NCBI GenBank assembly: GCA_040954595.2
Contig: CM082596.2
Span: 10,684,461-10,748,460 of the forward strand
Source of the DNA: Balanoglossus misakiensis
Taxonomy: Eukaryota > Animalia > Hemichordata
DNA: 64,000 nucleotides
Direction: 5' to 3'
In this document: positions 53,458 through 64,000 of the stretch, in pieces
Layout of the letters: the number at the start of each line of letters is the position of its first letter
Numbering within the stretch: the stretch's first letter is position 1
Made by a program: the position numbers and the translations under genes
The notes under the pieces: generated by a model
What the model was told of the DNA's origin: nothing
Databases searched by the model: none
Seen by the model: the letters and a program-made list of their open reading frames with translations, nothing else

Positions 53458-54934
53458 TGTCACACCAGTATTTGCAGGTAGATTAAAACATTGCCTATTC
53501 CAGCAATAATCACAACAGTCTTACTTTTTCTATCTTTGTAAGCGTTAATCTTTATTGACCTCGCTTGTTGTTTTGTGTTTTTGTGTTGTTTTTGTTTTTG
53601 TTTTGTTTTTTTAGTAGTTTCATAATTTTATTTGTATTTTTAAAATGTTTTCCTGTTTTTTGTTTACTTTTTTATTAATTTTTTGCGTAATTTCAGGTGT
53701 AGTGACACCGTGTATTGTCATGTTAATGAATAGGGCTTCGTTAGCTAAGTTTCGTGTAGTAAGAGAGCACACTTCAATTGAGGTCTTGAAGGGAGCAACA
53801 AGTCGGGTCTCCCTGCTCAGTGAGTAGAAATACTAGGAGAAATATTGCACCATACCTTGCTGTGTCCATGTAATGCTGTAGCGCGCATTAGTGCTCTCAG
53901 GACCACTGTTTCTGCAATTCGAGTGGAAGTAAATTCAGTACTTCTAGAAAGCAGAATTGTGCTTATTCAGTGCAAACCGGTGTGGTCGGGCGATTGGCGT
54001 GGCTGGCATGGTCGTATGTGGTGTGGCTGGAAATTGCTCCAAGCAGAGTTCTGTGGAACCATCCTATAGACCCGGTATTGCTGAGCATGAAGTGTGGTGA
54101 AGAATTCTCGTGTAAGTAATGTATTTGTTTATTTATTTACTATAACTTAAATTTATATTTTATGGATATTTATGTCAAATTCGACAATTTGTAAGTAATA
54201 GGACGGTCATAGTTAAAGCATAATTTTCCATGATATCACATGTAATCATGACGCTTTAACTAGTCCAAATTTCTGATAATTATTATTGAGAAACGTCAGT
54301 ATTCATTTGTGAACAGTTGCTAAGGTGGACATTTCAGTCAATGTTTGTTGATTTTTCATTCAGCCATTTAACCCAAGACTTGCATCTAACAAGTCAGTCT
54401 TCAGTGTGTTTACTTGACTACTGGAGGACTACAAGTGGTAGAAAACATGGTGTATCACAGATTGTATGTGTAATGTGGATCATCGCTACATCGTTCATCT
54501 ATACAGGACTCCATCCCATATTGTGGTTGAATCATGATTGTTTACTATGAATGTTATATACAGCTAAGTGACACTTACCATTGTTTAGACAATATGCAAT
54601 AGACAATAAACTATAGTGATATTGTGAATATATTCATTTAAGTAATATATTAAGTAACACATTGTATTGTATGACCAATTGTATCAGCATACCTGTACCT
54701 GCTAAATTGGTTAGGACAGAGACATTTGATATTGTGCATATTGTGCACAAAAATTATATTCCTAGTATTATCTTTATATTATTTAATTGATTTAAATTAA
54801 ATCAACTGTATTATTGTATCCGCACTGGTTTGTGTAGTTTCTCCCCATACCTTATCCACGGATGTTTACTCCTTGGCACTGAGAGCTGCTCAATATTTAT
54901 CCTGGAATCAGAGGGGTGCCCTCCACCTCTGACA
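53458..54934 (+). repeat. Putative 5' LTR (~1.48 kb)
   Basis: Ends TGACA two bases before the PBS, which makes the right boundary firm. The proposed start TGTCA at 53458 is the matching inverted terminus, but there is no second LTR to confirm it. AATAAA at 54605. Confidence 0.55.
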
Positions 54935-54936
54935 TT

Positions 54937-54953
54937 TGGGGGCTCGTCCGGGA
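54937..54953 (+). promoter_or_regulatory. Primer-binding site complementary to the tRNA-Pro 3' end
   Basis: TGGGGGCTCGTCCGGGA(G) matches 17 of 18 nt of the tRNA-Pro PBS TGGGGGCTCGTCCGGGAT used by MLV, and sits directly after ...GACA-TT. Confidence 0.92.
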
Positions 54954-55230
54954 GTTTTATCGTTTTGTTGTGCATTTGTTTGTATACTATCATAAATTGT
55001 TGCCATATAGTGGAGACCATGGTTTTGATAGGTAGAGATTCTGCAAATTGTGAAGACGGTGCTGGGTCTGTAGGCTGGTACTGTTACTGTATGTGCGCTT
55101 GTGGTTTCCTGCTATATAATATGGGCCGTGTTGGTTTGCGTCGTGCGTTTGGCTGTGTTGACTTGTGCTGAATGCCCTGTACTGCTAGGGGTTGTCAAAC
55201 TGGGGGTTGTAAATCGCGATACAGCAAAGC

Positions 55231-55599
55231 ATATATGCAGAAAGAATATCTAAGATAGGGAGAAAATTTGGGTTGGAAGGGACTGCTTTAAAAGATTATG
55301 TTAGAGAGGAACAAATTAGACAGAGGGATCTTAGGGCTACTGAGAGAGAGGAGCAGAGAGAAGATAATAGGCGGCACGAGGAACATGAGAGAGAGATACT
55401 GAAAATGCAAATTCACTTACAAGAATTAAAATTGAAAGGGGAAAATACAGAACAGCAGGTTACTGAAGATAATTTGGCCAAAGCGCGTGCTCCGAGACTA
55501 CAGGGTTTTCGTGAGGATGTTGATGATATGGATGCGTACCTTCAACGTTTTCAGCGCTACGCCACTGCTCAGAAGTGGGAAAAAGATGACTGGGGGTGA
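55231..55599 (+). pseudogene. gag: Gag N-terminal part (start codon probably mutated to ATA; frameshifted at ~55595-55612)
   Basis: Frame reads IYAERISKIGRKFGLEGTALKDYVREEQ, a coiled coil, then APRLQGFREDVDDMDAYLQRFQRYATAQKWEKDDW, typical of Gypsy Gag N-termini. Confidence 0.8.
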
Positions 55600-58500
55600 A
55601 TATCAGTGCATATTGTTACAAGGTAAGGATGTATCCACATACAACCAAATGCCTGCAGCGTCTGCAAATAATTATGATGAATTGAAACCAGAGTTATTGA
55701 GGGCTTACCAGTTAAGTGAGGAGAGTTTTCATGACAAGTTCCGTTCGTGTATGCCACATTATGATGAAAGTGCTCAAAAGTTTATGGACCGTATTGGTGA
55801 CTATTTGGGCAGATGGGTAGAACTGGCTGGTACTCCAAAGACGTACAATGGGCTTACAGATCTGTTACTTCGAGAGCAGTTTATTGGAGTATGTTCCAGA
55901 GACATGGCAATGTTCATTAGAGAGCGACGGCCAGAGAATGTCCAAGAGATGGTATCTACTGCCTCAAAATACTTAGATGCCCCAGGGTGGTGGAAACTGC
56001 CAAGTAATGCCAAAAATAATCCAAGGAGCCAGCCGACAGCAAATACCAAGCCTGCTGTATATCCAAATCAAGTAAATAAGTTTAATAACAAAACCAATGG
56101 TTCCCATGTTTTTAAAGGTACGTGCTTCGTATGTGGTAAAGGTGGTCATATGGCCAAAGATTGTAGAAGTAAGCCAAAGATGCATAAGACGGCGGTATTG
56201 TTAACTGAAGAAGATAGAAACTATCCACCTAAACAAGAATGTACACATTGGGGCAACCGTCAACAGCCCAGGGGACTAGACACTGGTTATGCATGTATGG
56301 TGGTAGCAATGGAAATAGATAAAACAGATGCAACACTGAATAAGGAGTTCGTGTTACCATGTGGTCATAAGCTCCCAGTGATGAGTGCTGCTTGTAGTGC
56401 CCATGGAGTGAAGAAGATGCCGGTAATGAAGGGATTGGTCGATGGTAAGCTGGTTAGCGTTTTGCGTGATAGTGGGTGTAGTAGCGTGGTAGTTCGAAGA
56501 AGTCTGGTGTCAAGTAGTCAGCTGACTGGTGAGTACAGGACGTGTGTTCTGATAGATGGGACTATTAGAAGAGTACCTGTAGCCTCAATAAATGTTGATA
56601 CCCCTTACTTTGTTGGTGATGTTACTGCACTGTGCATGATGAACCCTGTGTATGATTTAATACTGGGCAACATTGATGGTGTATCTGACCCTTCGAATCC
56701 TGATACTACATGGCAGGAACCATTGCCGACATGTAGACTGTGTACAACTGTTGGACAGGTACCAGGTTTAGCAAATGCTGTGGAGACCAGAGCCCAGAAG
56801 ATAGCCAACCAAAAACCAATCAGAGAGCTTAAAGTACCTAAAGCTGTTGGTGAAGTGGTGATGCCAGGGAAGCTTCAACAAGCTCAAGAAGAAGACTCCA
56901 CTCTTGACAAACTACGTGAGAAGGCAATTTTGGGTGACGAGAAAGTGACTAGGAATGGAGGTAGGTTGAAGTTCATCATGAACGATGAGATCCTGTACAG
57001 AGAGTTCAATTCGCCAATGGTCCAATTTGGTGAAAAGCTGTTACATGTGGTGGTTCCCAGAGTGTATCGTAACCAGGTGATGAGACTAGCCCATGAATCA
57101 GTGCTGGGTGGTCACCACGGAACTCACAAGACCACAGACAAGATCCTCAGCAACTTCGTTTGGCCTGGGCTAACATCAGATGTTTCCCGTTACTGTCAGT
57201 CCTGTGATTCATGTCAACGGACACAACCAAAGGGACTGGTGACCAAGGTACCACTTGGAAGTATGCCACTAATAGATATCCCTTTCCTACGTATTGCAGT
57301 AGACCTGGTTGGCCCTATTCATCCATGCACTGAACGCAAGAATAGGTACATACTTACTGTTGTTGATTATGCAACACGCTATCCGGAGGCTGTTGCATTG
57401 ACTAACATTGATACCAAGACTGTTGCAGAGGCGCTCCTGGACATCTACTCAAGAGTGGGGTGTCCACGTGAAATTCTGACAGATCAAGGAACTCAATTTA
57501 CATCAGATGTGATGCGTGAGGTCAGCCGGCTTTTGTCTATAAAGCAGATGACTACCACCCCATACCACCCAGCATTCAATGGTCTAGTGGAACGGTTCAA
57601 TGGTACATTGAAACTCATGCTCAGGAAGATGTGTGAGGAACGTCCAACATATTGGGATCGTTATCTGAATGCTTTACTATTTGCCTACAGAGAAACGCCT
57701 CAATCGAGCACAGGATTCTCTCCGTTTGAGTTACTTTATGGGAGGAGTGTGCGTGGTCCAATGGCTATCTTGAAAGAACTATGGACTGGAGAGATCAGTG
57801 AACCAGAAACCAAAACGACTTATCAATACATCCTTGATCTTCAAAAGAAATTAAAGAAGGCATGCGATTTAGCAAGACAAGAACTGAAGATATCACAAGG
57901 CAAATACAAGTCCTACTACAATAGAAAGGCCAAATGGAGGAAGTTCAACAAAGGTGACGAGGTGTTATTGCTACTACCTACTGACCATAATAAACTACTT
58001 ATGCACTGGAAGGGTCCTTTTCCAGTGGTGGAGAAAGCGAGCAATATGGATTACAAGATTGACTTTGGTCATAGGGTGAAAACATTCCATGCCAACCTGT
58101 TGAAGAGGTACTATCGAAGAACTGATCAGCTAGATGAAGTATCAGCTGGACTTCTTGAGATTGTGTGTGCATCTGTGATAGATGAGCAGAGTTATGAATC
58201 TTCAGAAGTACAAGAGAACACAGGGGTTAAAGTAAACGATGACTTACTGCGGGTTCCTGCATTCAAGCAGAAAGAATTTGCTGCAGATGTGAATGTATGT
58301 GACAACTTGTCAGACATACAGAAGCAAGTGGTGAGGAGGTTGCTGATCAATTACAAAGATATGTTAACTGATATTCGTGGTAACACCAACCTGGGTTTCC
58401 ATGACATCAAGTTGATGGATCCAACACCAGTATGCAGTAGGCCATACCCCATCCCTCATGCACTCCGTGAAGCAGTGAAAGATGAAGTCAAAACGATGAT

Positions 58501-58696
58501 TAAGATGGGAGTAGCTGAACCTTCAGAGAGTCCATATGCTGTTCCACTGGTAATGGTGAAGAAATCTGATGGGACCAATCGTTGTTGTGTTGACATGAGA
58601 AAGCTCGATCGCATAACAGTGTTTGATGCAGAGCCTACACCAGACCTGAGTGAGCTTTTTGCTTTTTGCTTAAGGATCACTATTTCACTAAAGTAG
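55600..58696 (+). pseudogene. pol: Gag-Pol: capsid C-terminal/SCAN-like region, zinc knuckle, aspartic protease, integrase, RT N-terminus
   Basis: Motifs in order: LLLREQF; CFVCGKGGHMAKDC (56123); LRDSG (~56462); AHESVLGGHHG..CQSCDSCQ; AVDLVGP, LTDQGTQF, NGLVERFN; WKGPF; then SPYAVPLVMVKKSDGTNRCCVDMRKL. Confidence 0.93.
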
Positions 58697-59046
58697 ATCT
58701 CAGCAAAGAATATTGGCAAGTCCCGTTGACTGATAATTCTAAACAATTGACGGCATTTATCACGCATGATGGGCTATACCAATTTATCAAAATGCCTTTC
58801 GGACTTGTAAATAGTGCTGCGACTTTTAGCAGAATTATGAGAAGATTGTTAAGATATATGAAGAACGTAGACAACTATATCGATCACATACTGATCCACA
58901 CTGCATCATGGGAAGAACATATCAAGACAATTACAGATTTGACGAGCAGACTACGAAAGGCAAAGTTAACAGCGAGACCAACTAAGTGTTATGTGGGTTA
59001 TGAGCAGATCGATTTCCTGGGTCATGTGGTTGGTCATGGTGAACTA
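58666..59046 (+). pseudogene. pol: Reverse transcriptase continuation after a frameshift; YxDD mutated to YIDH; truncated
   Basis: FTKVDLSKEYWQVPL, MPFGLVNSAATF, YIDH (58876-58887), FLGHVVGHGEL, then unrelated sequence. Confidence 0.92.
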
Positions 59047-59225
59047 GTCCTGTTTCAAAATGACCTACATTACAGGTCCTATGCACACGTATTACATGTT
59101 CTGATTGGTTTATCCACTTCTCTAAGGTCCACTTGCGGCTCGCTGATTGGAGGGACCTTATGTGTTAGGTCTTATTACTATGTATTATTCACCAGACCTT
59201 GTAGGTTAGGTTCTTATTACAATGC

Positions 59226-60627
59226 ATTTGCTACAAAATGTGCCATTTTAGTTAATTAGACCCCTGCGAAGGTTAGCCCCCTAGCGGTCACTTCACTCTT
59301 TGGGGATCTCTGCACACGTGACTCACTTCTCTTCTGTAGCCGTACGTGTTAGGTCGTTCTAGCGACCTGGTCTTGTTTTTCAAGTTCCCCCTTCATCGAA
59401 CCGCACATAATAGCCTGGAGAAATAGACATGGCAGCAGCACCATCGGATTCTCAATTCACAGACATCGAAAGCGAGACACATCACGAAGTCGAGTCCGTC
59501 TCCATCCCCAGCAAACCGACACTGCGCAAAAGCAGGCGGGACTCTACACTACGGGCAGTTCGACCAAAGCCATCTTCCGCTAGACGAGCACAACCCCGAG
59601 CAAGCCAAAATGTCCAAAGACAGCTGGATTCCGTCACAGACCAGGTCAAGGACATTTCGCATCAGATCGCCAGCGTGATGAAAATCGTCACGCGCCTGTC
59701 AGTGTCACAGGGCATGGTCGGTTTTTCTTGCCCCCCGTTGGCAGTTCCACTTCATTCGTAAGGTATACAAAGATACCTTCAACCAAGTGCCAGTCAGTGT
59801 CACAGCACATGGTCTAATTAGCAGCGCAACCATGAGTCGCTCGTCTTCATCAGCATGAGTTTGTTGAACTTTTTGGACACTTGTCCTTTCCTTTGCATCT
59901 TGTGGGCGTTGACTTTTCAACAGTTCCACTTCAATGTAATTTCATCAAGTTCTTTTACACTTGATCTGTTATTTTCGATTTAGAAAATTTCATTTTCTTT
60001 TCAGTTTTTCAATTTCACATGACCTTTTTGTAGGTTCAAATGTCACATTTCTGCAGCTGTTTTGTCTGATTTTTCCAATACCTTTTGCCTTTCCTTTATT
60101 CTTTTTTTTTTAATTTATTCTTCTTTATTTTTGATCTATTATTTCTTAGTTCATTTAAATTTTACTTTCTGGCGGTAACTTTCTGCTTGGCGGAGTCTTA
60201 TTAAAGTACTTCCATTGTTACCACCAGAAAGTTGTCTTTGTACCTTTATTCATATCAGGGAGAGCAGTGGGTGGAATTTGCTACAAAATGTGCCATTTTA
60301 GTTAATTAGACCCCTGCGAAGGTTAGCCCCCTAGCGGTCACTTCACTCTTTGGGGATCTCTGCGCACGTGACTCACTTCTCTTCTGTAGCCGTACGTGTT
60401 AGGTCGTTCTAGCGACCTGGTCTTGTTTTTCACCCACCCACCACTCCCATTAATTTTTGTGAGTTCTTGCCTCCTTTATTATTTCAGATTTACGTTTTCA
60501 TTTGTTTCTGTTCAACCATTATTGTATTGCTAGTATTGGCGGAGTCTTATTAAAGTACTTCCATTGTTACCACCAGAGAGTTGTCTTTGTACCTTTATTC
60601 ATATCAGGGAGAGCAGTGGGTGGAATT
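59226..60627 (+). mobile_element. Non-autonomous split-direct-repeat element (Ngaro/PAT-like tyrosine-recombinase retrotransposon derivative)
   Basis: A1 59226-59382 equals A2 60276-60432 (157 bp, 1 mismatch seen). B1 60187-60278 equals B2 60536-60627 (92 bp, 1 mismatch seen). Order is A1-internal-B1A2-spacer-B2. Confidence 0.8.
59429..59761 (+). CDS. Possible truncated ORF1/Gag-like N-terminus of the SDR element (110 aa)
   Basis: ATG 47 bp after A1, GC-richer than flanks. Ser/Arg-rich disordered region then a heptad-like helix (VQRQLDSVTDQVKDISHQIASVMKIVTRL). No diagnostic motif. Confidence 0.35.
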   Translation: MAAAPSDSQFTDIESETHHEVESVSIPSKPTLRKSRRDSTLRAVRPKPSSARRAQPRASQNVQRQLDSVTDQVKDISHQIASVMKIVTRLSVSQGMVGFSCPPLAVPLHS

Positions 60628-61139
60628 ATTCACTTTACAGCTCCCTGATTGGTTAATGTGTAGGTCTGGTCCTCCAGTGTTCACTGCCTCATTATGCAGG
60701 ACCTTGTAGGTTAGGTCTTATTAATATGTATTTATTCACCATACAGCTCCCTGATTGGTTAACGTGTCAGTCTGGTCCCCCCAGTGTTCACTGCCTCATT
60801 GTGAAATGTCCCATGTGCTTCCTGGCTAGCGTTGTGGTAACATATTATTCGGGGTGTCCGCAGATCGTTCATTGATTTTCTGAGAAATAGCCTAACTGAT
60901 ACTATCTCCAACATAAACCGCACCCTGGAAAGATTAAATGATCTTTTAGGTGGACTTTGAAAATCTGATTAACTCATCTAAGCATTTTAGCTAAGTTGTA
61001 TATTTTTTAATTATAATCATACAAAATACTTAAAAAATAAAAACAATGTTCAGTTTTAATACCCACTGATGAGGGGAAACATCAGTTTCAAATTCTTTTC
61101 ATGGGAGCGCTTGAGCAGAGTTATGAGTTTTGCTCTGTG

Positions 61140-61284
61140 AAAGAAAATGGGGGATTTCAAAATTTTGGCAGTTCGGAAGGGGGATTTCAAAATATTTCGG
61201 GTTGTGAAAGGGGGGGGCATGTGAAAATTAGCGGTAAAAGATGAATTCCCCCCCCCCTCCAGAGGTGTTTGTGAATGCAGCCTA
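61140..61284. mobile_element. Probable one-ended MITE fragment
   Basis: GGGGGATTTCAAAAT occurs twice. The end CCCCCTCCAGAGGTGTTTGTGAATGCAGCC-TAA resembles a TIR plus TAA target. No partner TIR was found. Confidence 0.3.
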
Positions 61285-61784
61285 AGAAAGAAAAATGTGA
61301 AATGGGTCAAATATGGGCCGGACGTGCCCATTCAACTCAATTTACTTTTGTTTGCTTTAAGTAGGAATTGATCACAGCTATATTTATTTTGGACACCTGA
61401 GCGACAAGAAAACAATCTGATTCTACATTTTAAAAAGCGTCATTGGAAAAGCACTGCAATTTTGTTTCTTGCTTTAAAAAAGTTTGGGGTGGCATGTAAT
61501 AATTAAGGTGTGTCTAAATTACTAATTTGGTGCACCTCAAAGCCCTTAGCCAATGTAAATTATATCCTGCATTGTATTCATGAAGGATATCCTCCCGCGA
61601 GGTCAATGCCATTCAATGTCAAACAGTCTCAACAAAGACCATTGGACACTCATAGCCGTTTTGTATGAAAGTGACTGGAGTACGAGATGAGTTTCATGAC
61701 AACAACAAATCATGCTCAGTCTCGCTGCAGGGTCTATAATTTCAATAACGGCTAGACGCTGGACACTATCTTAGGTAACACTTT

Positions 61785-61840
61785 AGGGTCATAGTGCTGG
61801 AACGACATGTTTAAACAGGTCGTTCCGGCACTCTGACCCT
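61785..61840. repeat. 56-bp imperfect palindrome
   Basis: AGGGTCATAGTGCTGGAACGACATGTTT|AAACAGGTCGTTCCGGCACTCTGACCCT: 28-bp arms, 3 mismatches, no spacer. Confidence 0.85.
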
Positions 61841-63583
61841 TTCGGCCCCAGTCGTTTCAGCCCCCATTTTCCACGACCCAAGTCGTTACAGCCCGGACAG
61901 TAACACCCCAAACATTTCAACACTTATCAGGGAAGACCTTAGCCCAACTATTAAAACTTGGCTTGAACCTACTTAAGTTCTCCGCATGAAATATGAGCGA
62001 GCGTTGTCAGAGGACGACAGCTACGCACACTTTGGGCATGACCGAATCAAACAGAATTGAATATTCTATATTCGGAAAAAACACCTTATCTCCGTTTTGC
62101 CGTTGACAACCCGATTTCTGTCATGACAGTTACTCCCGGGGACTGTGACAGACCATATACAGACAGTAGAGGCCGCGCGCTGGGGGTCTACACAAGTCAC
62201 TACAGCTGATGTAAGCAAGTACAACATGCTTTGCTTGCAGGAATGTTCCATTTTCAATAGAGGGGTGTGTATATTCAGAGGGAATGTCAGTCGGGGCCCT
62301 GGCTGGCAACATGCGGCGTATATATTGACAATCTTAGCCGGGAGACCAGGGCGTCGATCTAAAATACAACGCTCGGGGACAGTCGAGCAAGTCCTGCTGA
62401 GCTGAAAGATAGTAGTCTTGGCAACGATCGAGGTCGCTTAGTAACAAATGGATAACGAGTGATCTATCAAATGTTGACGGGCGCCAGTGGTTGGATGATA
62501 TAATTAAAGGCACGTAAGCTGTAACTGGATAAAAAATTAAAGTTTTAAATAATCTCATATATGCTTTTAATTATGTCTATTAAATGCTATTTCATGATAA
62601 TATATCAAGCTCGACACTTATTTATGACAAAATGGCCAAAAATTAAAGAAAAACGAAAATTCCTGCAATTTTAAAAAAAGCGCAATATTGCAATGAAAAA
62701 TGAAAATCTGATGTCTCAGTGGTGTACATTTACTTCCATGAGCTCAAGTGGATGAGATCATGTTTTGTTTATGAAGTTTCACAACCGGAAATGCAACATT
62801 TTCATTGTTTCTTGCATTTTCCCACGGTGGCGGCCATAATCGCTTGCGGCAAAGCTTTATTATTTATCTGGTTAAAACTTGCATATGCACTCATACTTAG
62901 GGTTTATAATGCTTGTGTATTGTTCACTACCTTCATCTGCATGGACTAATGGTAGTGCAGTTTGAAACAAAAATTATGAAAATTATCCCAAAAGTTACAC
63001 CTTACGTGCCTTTAACAAAGCTTGGTTATGAATATTCATACACCTTCAAAACCACTCCCACATCCCATCGCGGGAATTTCACACATGACTCCACCTCTAT
63101 TTCCTTATTTAGAAGGCGACGATGTCATGTGGTTAACATTGAGTGACCAATTAGCTTACACGCAAGATTTACCACACGTGTCGTTCTACGAACAGAATTC
63201 TGTTCGTAAATAGAGACTGTCCCCGGGCGTTTCTTTTCCCCGACGCCCTGGTCTCCAGGCTATGACAATCTCGCTGATAGGCGCAGCTGGAATTTATGTT
63301 TCTGTGGTATGATTATTGTATTTTATCAATGCACAATCACGATGGGCGAGTTTCAAGCAAGCAATTTGATTCGCTTCAATCCCTCACTAAAATCTAGACT
63401 GCACCACTGTATAATAACACAATACAGTCTTCTAGCCTCATGGTATAAACAGGAACTCTTGTCTGCTGGACATCCGGGTACTTTGGTCTACTGAGTGAAC
63501 GCGTTACGTATAGAGGTAGCGCAAAGTGAAAACCTATTTCAGGCAGCCACAACAATCAGTGTTGACGTACATACAATCTGACT

Positions 63584-64000
63584 AAAATTTCTACTTTCGC
63601 AAAGTAGAAAATTTTTTATTTTTGGACGATTTTCGTGAGCCGTGACCCTGATTTTTTTTCAAAAAATACAGAAATTTTGAACTTTCGCAAATTCGAAAAA
63701 TTGTCATTTTTGGACGATTTTCGTGCGCCGTGACCCATGATTTTTTTCAAAAAACGCAGAAATTTTGAATTTTCGCAAAGTAGAAAAATTGTCATTTTTG
63801 GAAGATTTTCGTGAGCCGTAACCCATGATTTTTTTCAAAAAATGCAGAAATTTTGAACTTTTGCAAAGTCGAAAAATTGGCATTTTAAGACGATTTTCGT
63901 GAGCTGTAACCCATGATTTTTTTCAAAAAAAGCAGAAATTTTGAACTTTTGCAAAGTCGAAAAATTGTCATTTTTGGACGATTTTCATGAGACGTAACCC
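63584..64000. repeat. 88-bp tandem repeat (at least 4.6 copies, open at right edge)
   Basis: TTT(C/T)GCAAA at 63595, 63683, 63771, 63859 and 63947. Confidence 0.95.

Larger units (their letters stand above)
53458..59046 (+). mobile_element. Ty3/Gypsy LTR retrotransposon, Gmr1-type (gag-PR-IN-RT), decayed and 3'-truncated
   Basis: Putative 5' LTR, a PBS, gag with CCHC, DSG protease, HHCC/DDE/GPF integrase, then RT. RNase H and 3' LTR are absent. Confidence 0.93.
59047..60800. repeat. Unclassified short-repeat-containing sequence that truncates the Gypsy element and hosts the SDR element
   Basis: GACCTTGTAGGTTAGG(T)TCTTATTA..ATG.ATT(T)ATTCAC motifs occur on both sides of the SDR insert (59155-59228, 60700-60740). 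TACAGCTCCCTGATTGGTTAA..GTG...CCAGTGTTCACTGCCTCATT occurs twice (~60636, ~60742). Confidence 0.6.

Noticed and set aside
59047-59259. C-terminal part of the 197-aa ORF as retroelement protein
   Set aside because: RT homology ends at GHGEL; the rest is read-through into unrelated repeat DNA.
59226-60432. A1/A2 as LTRs of a TRIM or as the Gypsy 3' LTR
   Set aside because: No PBS after A1 and no similarity seen to 53458-54934. The additional B1/B2 pair and the ATT junction fit split direct repeats better, although the TG...CA ends mean a TRIM is not formally excluded.
61900-63580. Several 60-86-aa ORFs as host genes
   Set aside because: Short, overlapping on both strands, with no recognisable motif or consistent exon structure.

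Overview
AT-rich animal (probably invertebrate) heterochromatin-like DNA with no recognisable host gene. Positions 1-31268 are a 116-bp satellite array of about 270 monomers with several shifting higher-order periods. The monomer is homologous to an internal segment of a non-autonomous Helitron/Helentron-type (HINE/DINE-1-like) element. Two young ~1.27-kb copies of that element (33442-34706, 39073-40344) and three older, tandem, degenerate copies are present, and the big array ends in that element's 3' end. A second ~178-196-bp satellite spans ~37449-47027. The right third is a nest of mobile elements: a tRNA-derived SINE, a palindromic MITE, and a decayed Gmr1-type Ty3/Gypsy LTR retrotransposon (PR-IN-RT order, tRNA-Pro PBS) truncated inside RT. 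It also holds a compact 1.4-kb element with A1-B1-A2-B2 split direct repeats and an ATT junction equal to its target, as expected for an Ngaro/PAT-like tyrosine-recombinase retroelement. An 88-bp tandem array runs off the right edge. All alignments were made by eye; no database search was possible.
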